Assembly (NCBI GenBank): GCA_041690395.1
Contig: JAWLHJ010000004.1
Span: forward strand, 497,365 to 561,364
Direction of reading: 5' to 3'
Length of the DNA: 64,000 bases
Source of the DNA: Longimicrobiales bacterium
GTDB lineage: Bacteria; Gemmatimonadota; Gemmatimonadetes; Longimicrobiales; Gaopeijiaceae
The notes under the pieces were generated by a model that searched no databases, had not been told where the DNA came from, and saw only the letters and a list, made by a program, of their open reading frames with translations. Made by a program: the position numbers and the translations under genes. Below are positions 12,861 through 20,571 of the stretch, in pieces (the first letter of the stretch is position 1; every line of letters starts with the position of its first letter).

Positions 12861-14075
12861 TCAGGCCTTCTCGACCGAGAGGGCGACGGCGTTCCCGCCA
12901 CCGAGGCAGAGCGTCGCGAGCCCCGACTCGGCGTTCTTCTGCTCCATCGCGTTCAGCAATGTGATGAGGATCCGCGTTCCGGACGCCCCGATGGGGTGGC
13001 CGAGGGCGACCGCGCCGCCGTTCACGTTCACCCGCTCCTCGTCCATGCCGAGCGCGCGCATGTCGGCGATCGCCTGAACGGCGAACGCCTCGTTGACCTC
13101 GAACAGACCGTAGTCGCCGATCTTCTTGCCTTCCTTGGCCATGAGCCTGTTCACGGCGTCGACGGGCGCGAAGAAGAGATCCTGCGGCTCGGTGGCGCCG
13201 GAGGCGTAGGCCGAGATCACCGCTTCGTACTCGAGGCCGTGCGCCTGGGCGTACTCCAGCGAGGCGACCACGACCGACGCCGCGCCGTCGTTGAGGCCCG
13301 GCGCGTTGCCCGCCGTGACAACATGCTCCTCGATGTCGTCGGGGGCGTCGCGCACGAAGGCGGGACGCAGCTTGCCGAGCGCCTCGAGTGAGGTATCGGC
13401 GCGTGGACCCTCGTCGGTGTCGACCACGGTGACGCCCCGACGGCCCTTCACCTCGACCGGCACGATCTCGTTCCGGAAGCGGCCACCCTCGATCGCGTCG
13501 ACGGCCTTCTGGTGCGACCGCAGGCTGAACTCGTCGGCATCCTGCCGGGAGACCTCACCCTTCTTGGCCGTGTACTCCGCGTGTCCGCCCATGTGGCAGT
13601 CACCGAACGAGCACCACAGGCCGTCGTGGATGAGGCCGTCCTGAAGCTTCTGGTCGCCGAACTTCACGCCGTTGCGGAGACCCCGGACGTAGAACGGGAC
13701 GTTCGACATGGACTCCATGCCCCCGGCCACGACCAGCTTCGCGTCACCGGCGCGGACGGCCTGGGCCGCCAGCATCACGGCCTTGAGCCCGGATCCGCAG
13801 ACCTTGTTGATCGTCAGGGCCGGGACCGTTGCGGGGATGCCGCCGTGCACCGCGGCCTGTCTGGCCGGTGCCTGACCACCTCCGGCGGTCACGACGTTCC
13901 CCATGATGACCTCGTCGACGTCACCGACGTCGATGCCGGCACGCTCGGCGGCCGCACGGATGGCGATGGCGCCGAGCTCCGTGGCCGCGAGCGGGCTGAG
14001 CCCCCCGAGGAAGCGTCCGATGGGCGTCCGTACGCCCCCCTTCAAGATGACGGCGGTCTTCGATGCGTCGGCCAT
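12861..14075 (-). CDS. Acetyl-CoA C-acetyltransferase (thiolase)
   Basis: NKVCGSG, GGMESMS, NEAF, GHPIGASG, CLGGG; start taken at MADASK. Confidence 0.96.
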   Translation of the reverse strand: MADASKTAVILKGGVRTPIGRFLGGLSPLAATELGAIAIRAAAERAGIDVGDVDEVIMGNVVTAGGGQAPARQAAVHGGIPATVPALTINKVCGSGLKAVMLAAQAVRAGDAKLVVAGGMESMSNVPFYVRGLRNGVKFGDQKLQDGLIHDGLWCSFGDCHMGGHAEYTAKKGEVSRQDADEFSLRSHQKAVDAIEGGRFRNEIVPVEVKGRRGVTVVDTDEGPRADTSLEALGKLRPAFVRDAPDDIEEHVVTAGNAPGLNDGAASVVVASLEYAQAHGLEYEAVISAYASGATEPQDLFFAPVDAVNRLMAKEGKKIGDYGLFEVNEAFAVQAIADMRALGMDEERVNVNGGAVALGHPIGASGTRILITLLNAMEQKNAESGLATLCLGGGNAVALSVEKA

Positions 14076-14161
14076 ATCCGTGCAGAAACCCCTGATATCC
14101 GGTTCAACCTGTGCTTTCGAGCCCCGGACGCGGATGGCGCGCATCGCCCCGGAGAGCCACC

Positions 14162-14190
14162 AAGATACCCAAAAAACCGGCTTCGGTCAT
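14162..14190 (-). promoter_or_regulatory. Putative sigma70-type promoter for the thiolase cluster
   Basis: Minus strand ATGACC-N17-TATCTT. Confidence 0.4.
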
Positions 14191-14199
14191 GACGGCCGG
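14171..14199 (-). terminator. Possible intrinsic terminator after the MBL hydrolase gene
   Basis: Minus strand CCGGC...GCCGG stem followed by TTTTTT. Confidence 0.4.
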
Positions 14200-14211
14200 G
14201 CGGCGGGTCGT

Positions 14212-15093
14212 TCAGCCGGTTTCGAGCTTCGGGCGATCGGCGGTCGGATCGAGACGGCCCCACGCGACCTCGGGATCGTGCTCGAAGATGAGGAGCCACT
14301 CCTCCTCGAGCGCACGCGTCCACAGCCCGCGCTTCGACTCCAGCGTGACGAGCGGCTCGAGATCGTATCCCATGATCCACGGAAGCGGTACGTGCGCCGA
14401 GGTGGGACAGACATCCGCCAGGAAGCACGCGGTCGCGCCGTCGCTCTCGATGAGGACGGACTGGTGGTGCGGCGTGTGGCCGGGCGTGGGCAGGACACGG
14501 ACGCCTTCGGTGACCGTCGCCTCTCCCCGCACGAGGTCCCACAGGCCGGCTTCGGAGATCGGAGCGTGGTTCGCCTCCAGGTAGCTGGCGCGGATCCGCT
14601 CGTTCGTGCTCTTCGCGAACGCCAGCTCCTCCTCCTGCACGACGTAACGGGCGCCGGGGAAGGCCGGGACCACCTGTCCCGCCTCGTCGCGCACCGTGTT
14701 GCCCCCGGCATGGTCGAAGTGGAGATGCGTGTCCAGGACGATGTCGATGTCCGACGGATCGAATCCCGCGTGACGGATCGCGTCCTCGAGGCGCGTGGGG
14801 TCGCCCTCGTTCCGCACGCCGTAGATCTCGTGGAACTTCTCGTCCTCCTTGTTTCCGATCCCGGTGTCGACGAGCACCAGCGCGTTGGGCGCCTCCACCA
14901 GCAGGCAGCGGAGCGCGAGCGGAATACGGTTGCGGGCGTCGGCGGGAATGCGCTTCTCCCACAGCGGCTTCGGCACCACGCCGAACATGGCGCCGCCGTC
15001 GAGCCATTGGAGCCCGGCTTCGAGGGCGTGGATCTTGATGGAGCCGACAGTCGTCGTGCGGCTGAGCGGAAGGTCCTGGATCTCTCGGGGCAT
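14212..15093 (-). CDS. MBL-fold metallo-hydrolase (YtnP-like)
   Basis: LDGGAMFGVVPK, THLHFDHAGG (HxHxDH), GHTPHH, HDP. Confidence 0.9.
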   Translation of the reverse strand: MPREIQDLPLSRTTTVGSIKIHALEAGLQWLDGGAMFGVVPKPLWEKRIPADARNRIPLALRCLLVEAPNALVLVDTGIGNKEDEKFHEIYGVRNEGDPTRLEDAIRHAGFDPSDIDIVLDTHLHFDHAGGNTVRDEAGQVVPAFPGARYVVQEEELAFAKSTNERIRASYLEANHAPISEAGLWDLVRGEATVTEGVRVLPTPGHTPHHQSVLIESDGATACFLADVCPTSAHVPLPWIMGYDLEPLVTLESKRGLWTRALEEEWLLIFEHDPEVAWGRLDPTADRPKLETG

Positions 15094-15134
15094 GGCGTTT
15101 CGGGTGTGGTGGAGCGGGCGGTGCGGGCGGCGGG

Positions 15135-15986
15135 TCAGAGGCCCAGCTGGAACTGGTTCGGGTCGAGACGGCGCTTCCTTCTGCGAACGTACCCCTCGAG
15201 CGTCTCGAGGTCCTCGATGCCGAGTCCTGCCGCCTCGTCCAGCAGCCGGAGCAGGACGCGGGCGGTGGCCAGCGCGTCGCCGTGGGCGCGGTGACGGGCG
15301 TGGATCGGGACGCCGAAGTGGCGGCACACGACGTCCAGGTTCCGGCGCCGCAGCTCCGGCACCAGCCGCCGCGCGAGCCGGACCGTGCAGAGCCGGGGCA
15401 CGTCCGGCGCGTCGCCGAGCGCGTCGGTCAGCTCGCGGGAGACGAAGCCCCAGTCGAACATCGCGTTGTGGGCCACGAACACCCGACCCCGGAGCCGCTC
15501 CTCGACGGCCTCGGCCACGTGCTCGAAATAGGGCGCGTCGGACACCATGTCGGTCGTGATGCCGGTCAACGCGGTGATCCCCGGCGGCACGCCGCGGCCG
15601 GGGTTCACCAGGGACTCGTACTCCGCGGTGATGCGCCCGCCGGCCACCTCGACGATGCCGATGTCGATGATGCGGTGGCCGCGCCAGGACGCGCCTCCCG
15701 TCGTCTCGACGTCGACGACCGCGAAGCTCAGCTCCGAGAGCGGGCGGCCGAGCGGCACCGCGTCGGGATCGAGCCGCCAGACCCCGTCCTTGTCGACGAG
15801 GAAGCGCCGGTCCGCAGACAGGAGCTGGAACACGGCCGATGCGGCCGCCCCGGGGTTGCCCGTGAGCCCGAGCACGTCACTCGCGAGATCGAGCGTGTGG
15901 GCCGGCCCTCCGGACAGCCGGCGCACCGCGGCCCGCACCAGGGATCCATCCCCGTCGGGTCGGACGGCGCCGGCCGCGGGCGTCAC
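15135..15986 (-). CDS. DEDDh 3'-5' exonuclease (DnaQ/Pol III epsilon-like) with an N-terminal extra domain
   Basis: DVETTG (ExoI), HNAMFD (ExoII), HRAHGDA (ExoIII); GTG start overlaps the rex stop (GTGA). Confidence 0.9.
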   Translation of the reverse strand: MTPAAGAVRPDGDGSLVRAAVRRLSGGPAHTLDLASDVLGLTGNPGAAASAVFQLLSADRRFLVDKDGVWRLDPDAVPLGRPLSELSFAVVDVETTGGASWRGHRIIDIGIVEVAGGRITAEYESLVNPGRGVPPGITALTGITTDMVSDAPYFEHVAEAVEERLRGRVFVAHNAMFDWGFVSRELTDALGDAPDVPRLCTVRLARRLVPELRRRNLDVVCRHFGVPIHARHRAHGDALATARVLLRLLDEAAGLGIEDLETLEGYVRRRKRRLDPNQFQLGL

Positions 15987-16621
15987 TCGTCCACCGCTCC
16001 GGCCTGCGTGATCGCGAAGGAGAGCGCCTCGAGCTCCATGACCAGGCTCACGTCCTCGACCGGTACGTCCTTCGGCACCCGCAGACGGATGGGCGCGAAG
16101 TTCAGGATGCCCTTGACCCCCGCCGAGACCACGCGCTGCGCGAGCTCCTGGGCGACGGGAGCGGGGACCGCGAGGATGGCGAGCTCCGCGCCGGTATCGC
16201 GCACCACCCGCTCCAGCTCGTCCGAGCTCCGGATGGTCACCTCGCCCCACGTCCGGCCGATCTTCTCCGGATCGTTGTCGAAGACGGCGACGACGTCGTA
16301 GCCGCGGACATTGAAGTCCGGGTAGGCGAAGAGGGCCGATCCGATCCGGCCGGCACCCACGAGCGCCACGCGCCACGTCCGGTCGATGCCGAGGATGTGC
16401 CGCAGCCTACTCCGGAGCTCCTCCACCCGGTATCCGAGCCCCCGCTTGCCGAACGACCCGAAATGGGACAGGTCCTTGCGAACCTGGGCCGCGGTGGTCT
16501 GCCCGCGCTCGGCCAATTCCTCGCTGGAGACCGTCTGTCCGCCTTCCCCGCCCAGATCCTCGAGTGAGCGCAGATAATGTGACAGGCGACGAACGGTGCT
16601 TTCGGGGATGCGTCTGGACAC
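15983..16621 (-). CDS. rex: Redox-sensing transcriptional repressor Rex
   Basis: IPESTVRRL, SSEELA, QVRKDLSHFGSFGKRGLGY, GAGRIG, GILNFAP. Confidence 0.96.
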   Translation of the reverse strand: MSRRIPESTVRRLSHYLRSLEDLGGEGGQTVSSEELAERGQTTAAQVRKDLSHFGSFGKRGLGYRVEELRSRLRHILGIDRTWRVALVGAGRIGSALFAYPDFNVRGYDVVAVFDNDPEKIGRTWGEVTIRSSDELERVVRDTGAELAILAVPAPVAQELAQRVVSAGVKGILNFAPIRLRVPKDVPVEDVSLVMELEALSFAITQAGAVDE

Positions 16622-16661
16622 GGGGGCCGGCGACCACAGGGGGGAGCTGCTGGGGAGTTGC

Positions 16662-16679
16662 TTGTGAAAAGATTCACAA
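16662..16679. promoter_or_regulatory. Rex operator (ROP)
   Basis: Perfect TTGTGAA-AAGA-TTCACAA, matching the known consensus TTGTGAA-N4-TTCACAA, 40 bp upstream of rex. Confidence 0.92.
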
Positions 16680-16707
16680 AAGTAGGCGGCAGCCGGGAAG
16701 TGAGCAA
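16679..16707 (-). promoter_or_regulatory. Putative sigma70 promoter of rex
   Basis: Minus strand TTGCTC-N17-TACTTT; the -10 abuts the Rex operator. Confidence 0.6.
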
Positions 16708-16764
16708 CGCGGGGCGGCCCGCCCCCCGCGGCCGCACAGCGCAGCGAGCCGTCCTCGTCGGCGC

Positions 16765-17574
16765 TCAGTCCCCCGCGAGCACCGCCGCGAGCCTCACGAA
16801 CGCCTCGGGCGAGACACGCTCGGGGCGGTCCGTGAGCACCACCCCCGCCGCCGCGACGGCCTCGGCGGCCACGTCGTCCGGGACCGAGAGGTCCGGGTGG
16901 TCCCTCAGGATCTTCCCGAGCTGTTTCCGGCGCCACTGGAACGTCGCACGCACGACCGTCCGGAGCCGCTCCTCTTCCACCAGGCTCGTGCGCTCCGGTC
17001 GGAACGGGTCGATGCGGATGATGGCCGAATCGACGCGCGGCACGGGCCGGAACGCCTGGCGCCCCACGCCGAAGAGACGCTCCACCGAGGCCACGCTCCG
17101 GACCCCGACGGACAGCGCGCCGTAGGCCCTGGACCCGACGGGAGCCGTGATCCGGTCGGCCACGTCGTCCTGGACCATGAGCACGATACGCGCGGGCCTC
17201 GGCCGCTCGAGGAGCCGGAAGAGGATCGGGGTGGTGATGTTGTAGGGGATGTTCCCGATCACGAGCAGCGCGTCCGGATCCCGCGACCGGGCGGCGATGT
17301 CCACCTCGAGCACGTCGCCGTGCACGACCTCCACGTCGGCCCGTCCGGCGAACCGTCTCGTGAGCCCGTCGGCCAGGGCGTCGTCGAGCTCGACCAGCAC
17401 GAGCCGTCCTACCCGGCCCTCCAGATGGTCGGTCAGGGCACCCTGACCCGGCCCGATCTCCAGAACCTCGTCGTCCGGACCGGCCTCGAGCGCGGCCACG
17501 ATCTTACGCTGCAGGTTCGGGTCGACGAGGAAGTTCTGACCCAGCGACTTCTTGGCCCGGTGCCGCTCGGTCAT
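16765..17574 (-). CDS. rsmA: 16S rRNA m6,2A1518/1519 dimethyltransferase
   Basis: KKSLGQNFL, EIGPGQG, NIPYNIT, MVQ, PRVDSA. Confidence 0.96.
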   Translation of the reverse strand: MTERHRAKKSLGQNFLVDPNLQRKIVAALEAGPDDEVLEIGPGQGALTDHLEGRVGRLVLVELDDALADGLTRRFAGRADVEVVHGDVLEVDIAARSRDPDALLVIGNIPYNITTPILFRLLERPRPARIVLMVQDDVADRITAPVGSRAYGALSVGVRSVASVERLFGVGRQAFRPVPRVDSAIIRIDPFRPERTSLVEEERLRTVVRATFQWRRKQLGKILRDHPDLSVPDDVAAEAVAAAGVVLTDRPERVSPEAFVRLAAVLAGD

Positions 17575-17599
17575 GCGGGCCTCTCCACCCGCGGGGCCA

Positions 17600-19189
17600 T
17601 CAGACGCGTACGACCAGCGCCGTCCGGTCGTCTCCGCGGTTGGGCCCCTGATCGCCCCCCGTGATCCCGAACAGCGCATCGATGACCTCTGTCGCCGAGG
17701 AGAACCGGCTCTGGACGACGGTGTCTAGCACCGTCTGCTCGCCGTTCCCCCGTGTCGTCTCGGACAGCGCGTCCGAAAGCCCGTCCGTGAACAGAAGCAG
17801 GAGGTCCTCGCCGGGCCGCCAGGGCCGCCACTCCTCGTGGTACGCGTCCGGCCCCGCGAATCCGACCGGCGGATCGGTCGCCTCCAGGCGCGCCGTCGAG
17901 CCGTCGGCGCCCACCGAAAAGGCATGGGGATGGCCCGCGTTCGCGTAGACCAGCGTGCCCGTGGCCGGGTCGAGGACGCCGTAGAAGACGGTCAGGAACA
18001 TCTCCGTGGTCTCGAGCTCGTCGCGAAGCGCGTCGTCGAGTCCGCGCAGCACCCGCGCGGGGGAGTCGTGCTCCCTGGCGTAGATCCCTGCGGCGCTCAT
18101 GGCCAGCGTCATGATCAAGGCGGAGGGAAAGCCGTGCAGTGACACGTCGCCGAGCATCACGCCCACGCGCCCCCCCGACAGGTCGAAGAGCTGGTAGAAG
18201 TCGCCGCCGACCTGCTCGGTCGGCACCACTCGGCCGGCGGCTTCGGCCGCCCCGAAGGTGGACGGGTCGGGCAGGAGCTTCATCTGCAGGTCGTGCGCGA
18301 GCTCCATCTCCCGGGCCATCCGCTCGCGAGACAGCGTCTTCCGGACGAGGCGGCTGTTCTCGACAGCCGCGCCGACCTGAGACGCGATCGCGGAGAGCAA
18401 CCTCTGGTTCGCGCCGGTGAAACGGCTGCCGTCCCTGCGCCCGATCATGTTGATGACCCCCACCGTGCGCGATCCGCCGCGTCCGGGGGAATAGCGGATC
18501 GGGACGGACAGGAAGGAGTCGCCGGTCACCCCCGCATCCCGTTCGGAAGGCGTCGCGACCCGGGTCGCGATGATCGAGCGCCCCTCGCGGAACACCATCG
18601 ACGTGATCGTGTCGGGCTCGTCGGGCGATAGGGCGTCGCTACGCCCGTCGTCTCCGACCTCGGCCGCGAGGTGGAGCGTGTCCGTCCCGTAGCGGTAGAC
18701 CCAGATCGATCCGCGCTTGGCGCCCATCACGTCCCGGACCTCGGCGAGCATCTGGTGGGCGGCATCCACGAGGTCGAGGGTCGTGCCGAGCGTCTCGCTG
18801 ATCGAGTACAGGAGGTTGATCTCTTCGAAGCGCTCGGTGAGCTCGTACGTGAACTGGTCCAGCTCGCGGCCGGTTCGGGCCACGTACGTCAGCATGGGCG
18901 CGAGGACCTCCAACAGCTCGTCGGCCGGCGCGGACCCGTCCGTGGCGACCCCGATCTCCCAGGTCTCGCCCTGCTCGCCCGATCCGACGTGCACCTCGCG
19001 GCGGGCGGCCCCGGCGGGCATGCCACCGTCGAGGCCGGGCGAAGCGTGGAGGATCATGAGGGGCTGGTCGAGCTCCGAGCCCCTGCGGGTCACGCGCACG
19101 AGCGCGCCGAACGTGCTCTCGAAGGCCCGGATCGACTCTCGGATGGTGTCCGGAAGGGTCCCTCGGACCCACCGGTCCGTCGAGGTCAC
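17600..19189 (-). CDS. GAF + SpoIIE/PP2C phosphatase (RsbU-like)
   Basis: GAF region; VGGDFY, GDVSLHG, NAGH, TDGL, GDDRT motifs. Confidence 0.92.
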   Translation of the reverse strand: MTSTDRWVRGTLPDTIRESIRAFESTFGALVRVTRRGSELDQPLMILHASPGLDGGMPAGAARREVHVGSGEQGETWEIGVATDGSAPADELLEVLAPMLTYVARTGRELDQFTYELTERFEEINLLYSISETLGTTLDLVDAAHQMLAEVRDVMGAKRGSIWVYRYGTDTLHLAAEVGDDGRSDALSPDEPDTITSMVFREGRSIIATRVATPSERDAGVTGDSFLSVPIRYSPGRGGSRTVGVINMIGRRDGSRFTGANQRLLSAIASQVGAAVENSRLVRKTLSRERMAREMELAHDLQMKLLPDPSTFGAAEAAGRVVPTEQVGGDFYQLFDLSGGRVGVMLGDVSLHGFPSALIMTLAMSAAGIYAREHDSPARVLRGLDDALRDELETTEMFLTVFYGVLDPATGTLVYANAGHPHAFSVGADGSTARLEATDPPVGFAGPDAYHEEWRPWRPGEDLLLLFTDGLSDALSETTRGNGEQTVLDTVVQSRFSSATEVIDALFGITGGDQGPNRGDDRTALVVRV

Positions 19190-19638
19190 GCCCGAACGCC
19201 ACCCTCGAGGGCGTCGCCCGAGTCGAGCCGCAGGACGAGGGTCACCTGGTTGCCGCGGTCGTTGAACCAGACCTCGTCCAACAGCTTCCGCATGAGGAAG
19301 AGGCCGCGACCGCAGGGCTTCGCGACGTTGTCCGGGGCCGTCGGGTCGGGCACGCGGGCCGGATCGAAGCCGTTGCCCTGATCGGTCACGCGCGCTTCGA
19401 GGCGACCCCGACCGAGGGTGATCTCGACCTTCACGCGCTTGGTCGGGTCATGGCCGTTCCCGTACATCATCGCGTTCGCGAGCGCCTCGGTGAGGCCCAC
19501 GCGGAAGTTGAAGTCCAGGCGACGGGCCTGGGCGCGGCAATCCCGGCACTGGATCATGACGTAGTCCACGGCCCGCTCGATGGTCCGGATATCGGACGGG
19601 AGCTCGAGGACGATGTCGCGATCCATGGGTGTCGGCAT
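19186..19638 (-). CDS. Anti-sigma factor serine kinase (RsbW/SpoIIAB-like)
   Basis: EALANA (N box), DQGNGFD (G1), GRGLFLM (G2). Confidence 0.9.
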   Translation of the reverse strand: MPTPMDRDIVLELPSDIRTIERAVDYVMIQCRDCRAQARRLDFNFRVGLTEALANAMMYGNGHDPTKRVKVEITLGRGRLEARVTDQGNGFDPARVPDPTAPDNVAKPCGRGLFLMRKLLDEVWFNDRGNQVTLVLRLDSGDALEGGVRA

Positions 19639-19652
19639 GGGTGTGTGCTCGA

Positions 19653-19985
19653 TCAGAATCCTTCCAACGCCTCTTCTTTCGTGTCCGTGATGCGGAACAG
19701 GGTGTCGAGCTTGGTGAGCTCGAAGAGCGTCCTCAGGTCCTCGTTGAGGCTCGAGAGGCGGAGCTCGCCGCCTTGCTCACGGATCTTCTTGGACAGGCTG
19801 ACCAACACGCCGAGGCCCGACGAGTCGATGTAGCCGGTGCCCGCGAAATCGATCACGAACTTGCGGTCTCCGGCCTCCAGCTGCTCGAGCACCTGCTGCT
19901 TGAGCTCCTGGCGATTGCCGACGATGAGCTGGCCCTCGACCTCGACGAGCGTGATCTCACCGTTCTGCGACACCTGAAAGCCCAT
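19653..19985 (-). CDS. STAS-domain anti-sigma factor antagonist (RsbV/SpoIIAA-like)
   Basis: YIDSSGLGVL phospho-Ser motif, FELTKLD; start taken at MGFQVS. Confidence 0.93.
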   Translation of the reverse strand: MGFQVSQNGEITLVEVEGQLIVGNRQELKQQVLEQLEAGDRKFVIDFAGTGYIDSSGLGVLVSLSKKIREQGGELRLSSLNEDLRTLFELTKLDTLFRITDTKEEALEGF

Positions 19986-20059
19986 GGACCGGTGCTCCCT
20001 GAAAGATGGGGGATCGCGGGCGGGCCCGCGGTGGACGGAGTAATGCTCGGATGGGCTTA

Positions 20060-20089
20060 AGTGTAAAAACGAAACGGATGGCGGGGCAA
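20060..20089 (-). promoter_or_regulatory. Putative sigma70 promoter for the STAS-kinase-phosphatase-rsmA operon
   Basis: Minus strand TTGCCC-N18-TACACT in an AT-rich patch. Confidence 0.5.
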
Positions 20090-20229
20090 GGAAGACGGCA
20101 TCGTCCCGCGTTTCGCGCCACCTGAAACCCGGCAATAAACTAGCTCGTATGGATTATCGTCGGCCGGGTGTCTCGAGGGCGCTCGCGAGGACGATCGGGA
20201 TTCCATGGGACGGGGACGAGGAGGGGTCG

Positions 20230-20571
20230 ATGCCACCGGGTACGCCGAGCGATTTCGAGCAGCAGGTCCTCCTGGCCGTGTGGCGGCTGGGGGACGGCGC
20301 CTACGGCGTCAGCGTGCGGGACGAGCTCGAGGCCCGCGCCGGACGAGACGTCGCCCACGGAGCGGTCTACGTGACGCTGGTCCGACTGGAGCGGAAGGGA
20401 TTCCTCCGCTCATCCCTCTCCGACCCCACCCCCGTCCGGGGCGGAAAAGCCAAGCGCTGCTTCGCCATCACGCCCGCCGGCATCGAGGGGCTCCGCGAAG
20501 CCCGGCGGACGCTGGACAGCCTGTGGGACGGGCTGCCACGGACCGCCGAGGAGGGGCCGGCCTCCTCGTGA
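20230..20571 (+). CDS. PadR-family transcriptional regulator
   Basis: FEQQVLLA, AYG, GAVYVTLVRLERKG, RGGKAKRCF; winged-helix pattern. Confidence 0.88.
   Translation: MPPGTPSDFEQQVLLAVWRLGDGAYGVSVRDELEARAGRDVAHGAVYVTLVRLERKGFLRSSLSDPTPVRGGKAKRCFAITPAGIEGLREARRTLDSLWDGLPRTAEEGPASS

Noticed and set aside
9234..14160. Direct Rex control of thiolase/hbd/acyl-CoA dehydrogenase, as in clostridia
   Set aside because: No second Rex box seen upstream of the thiolase; a possible terminator and a separate promoter lie at 14162-14199
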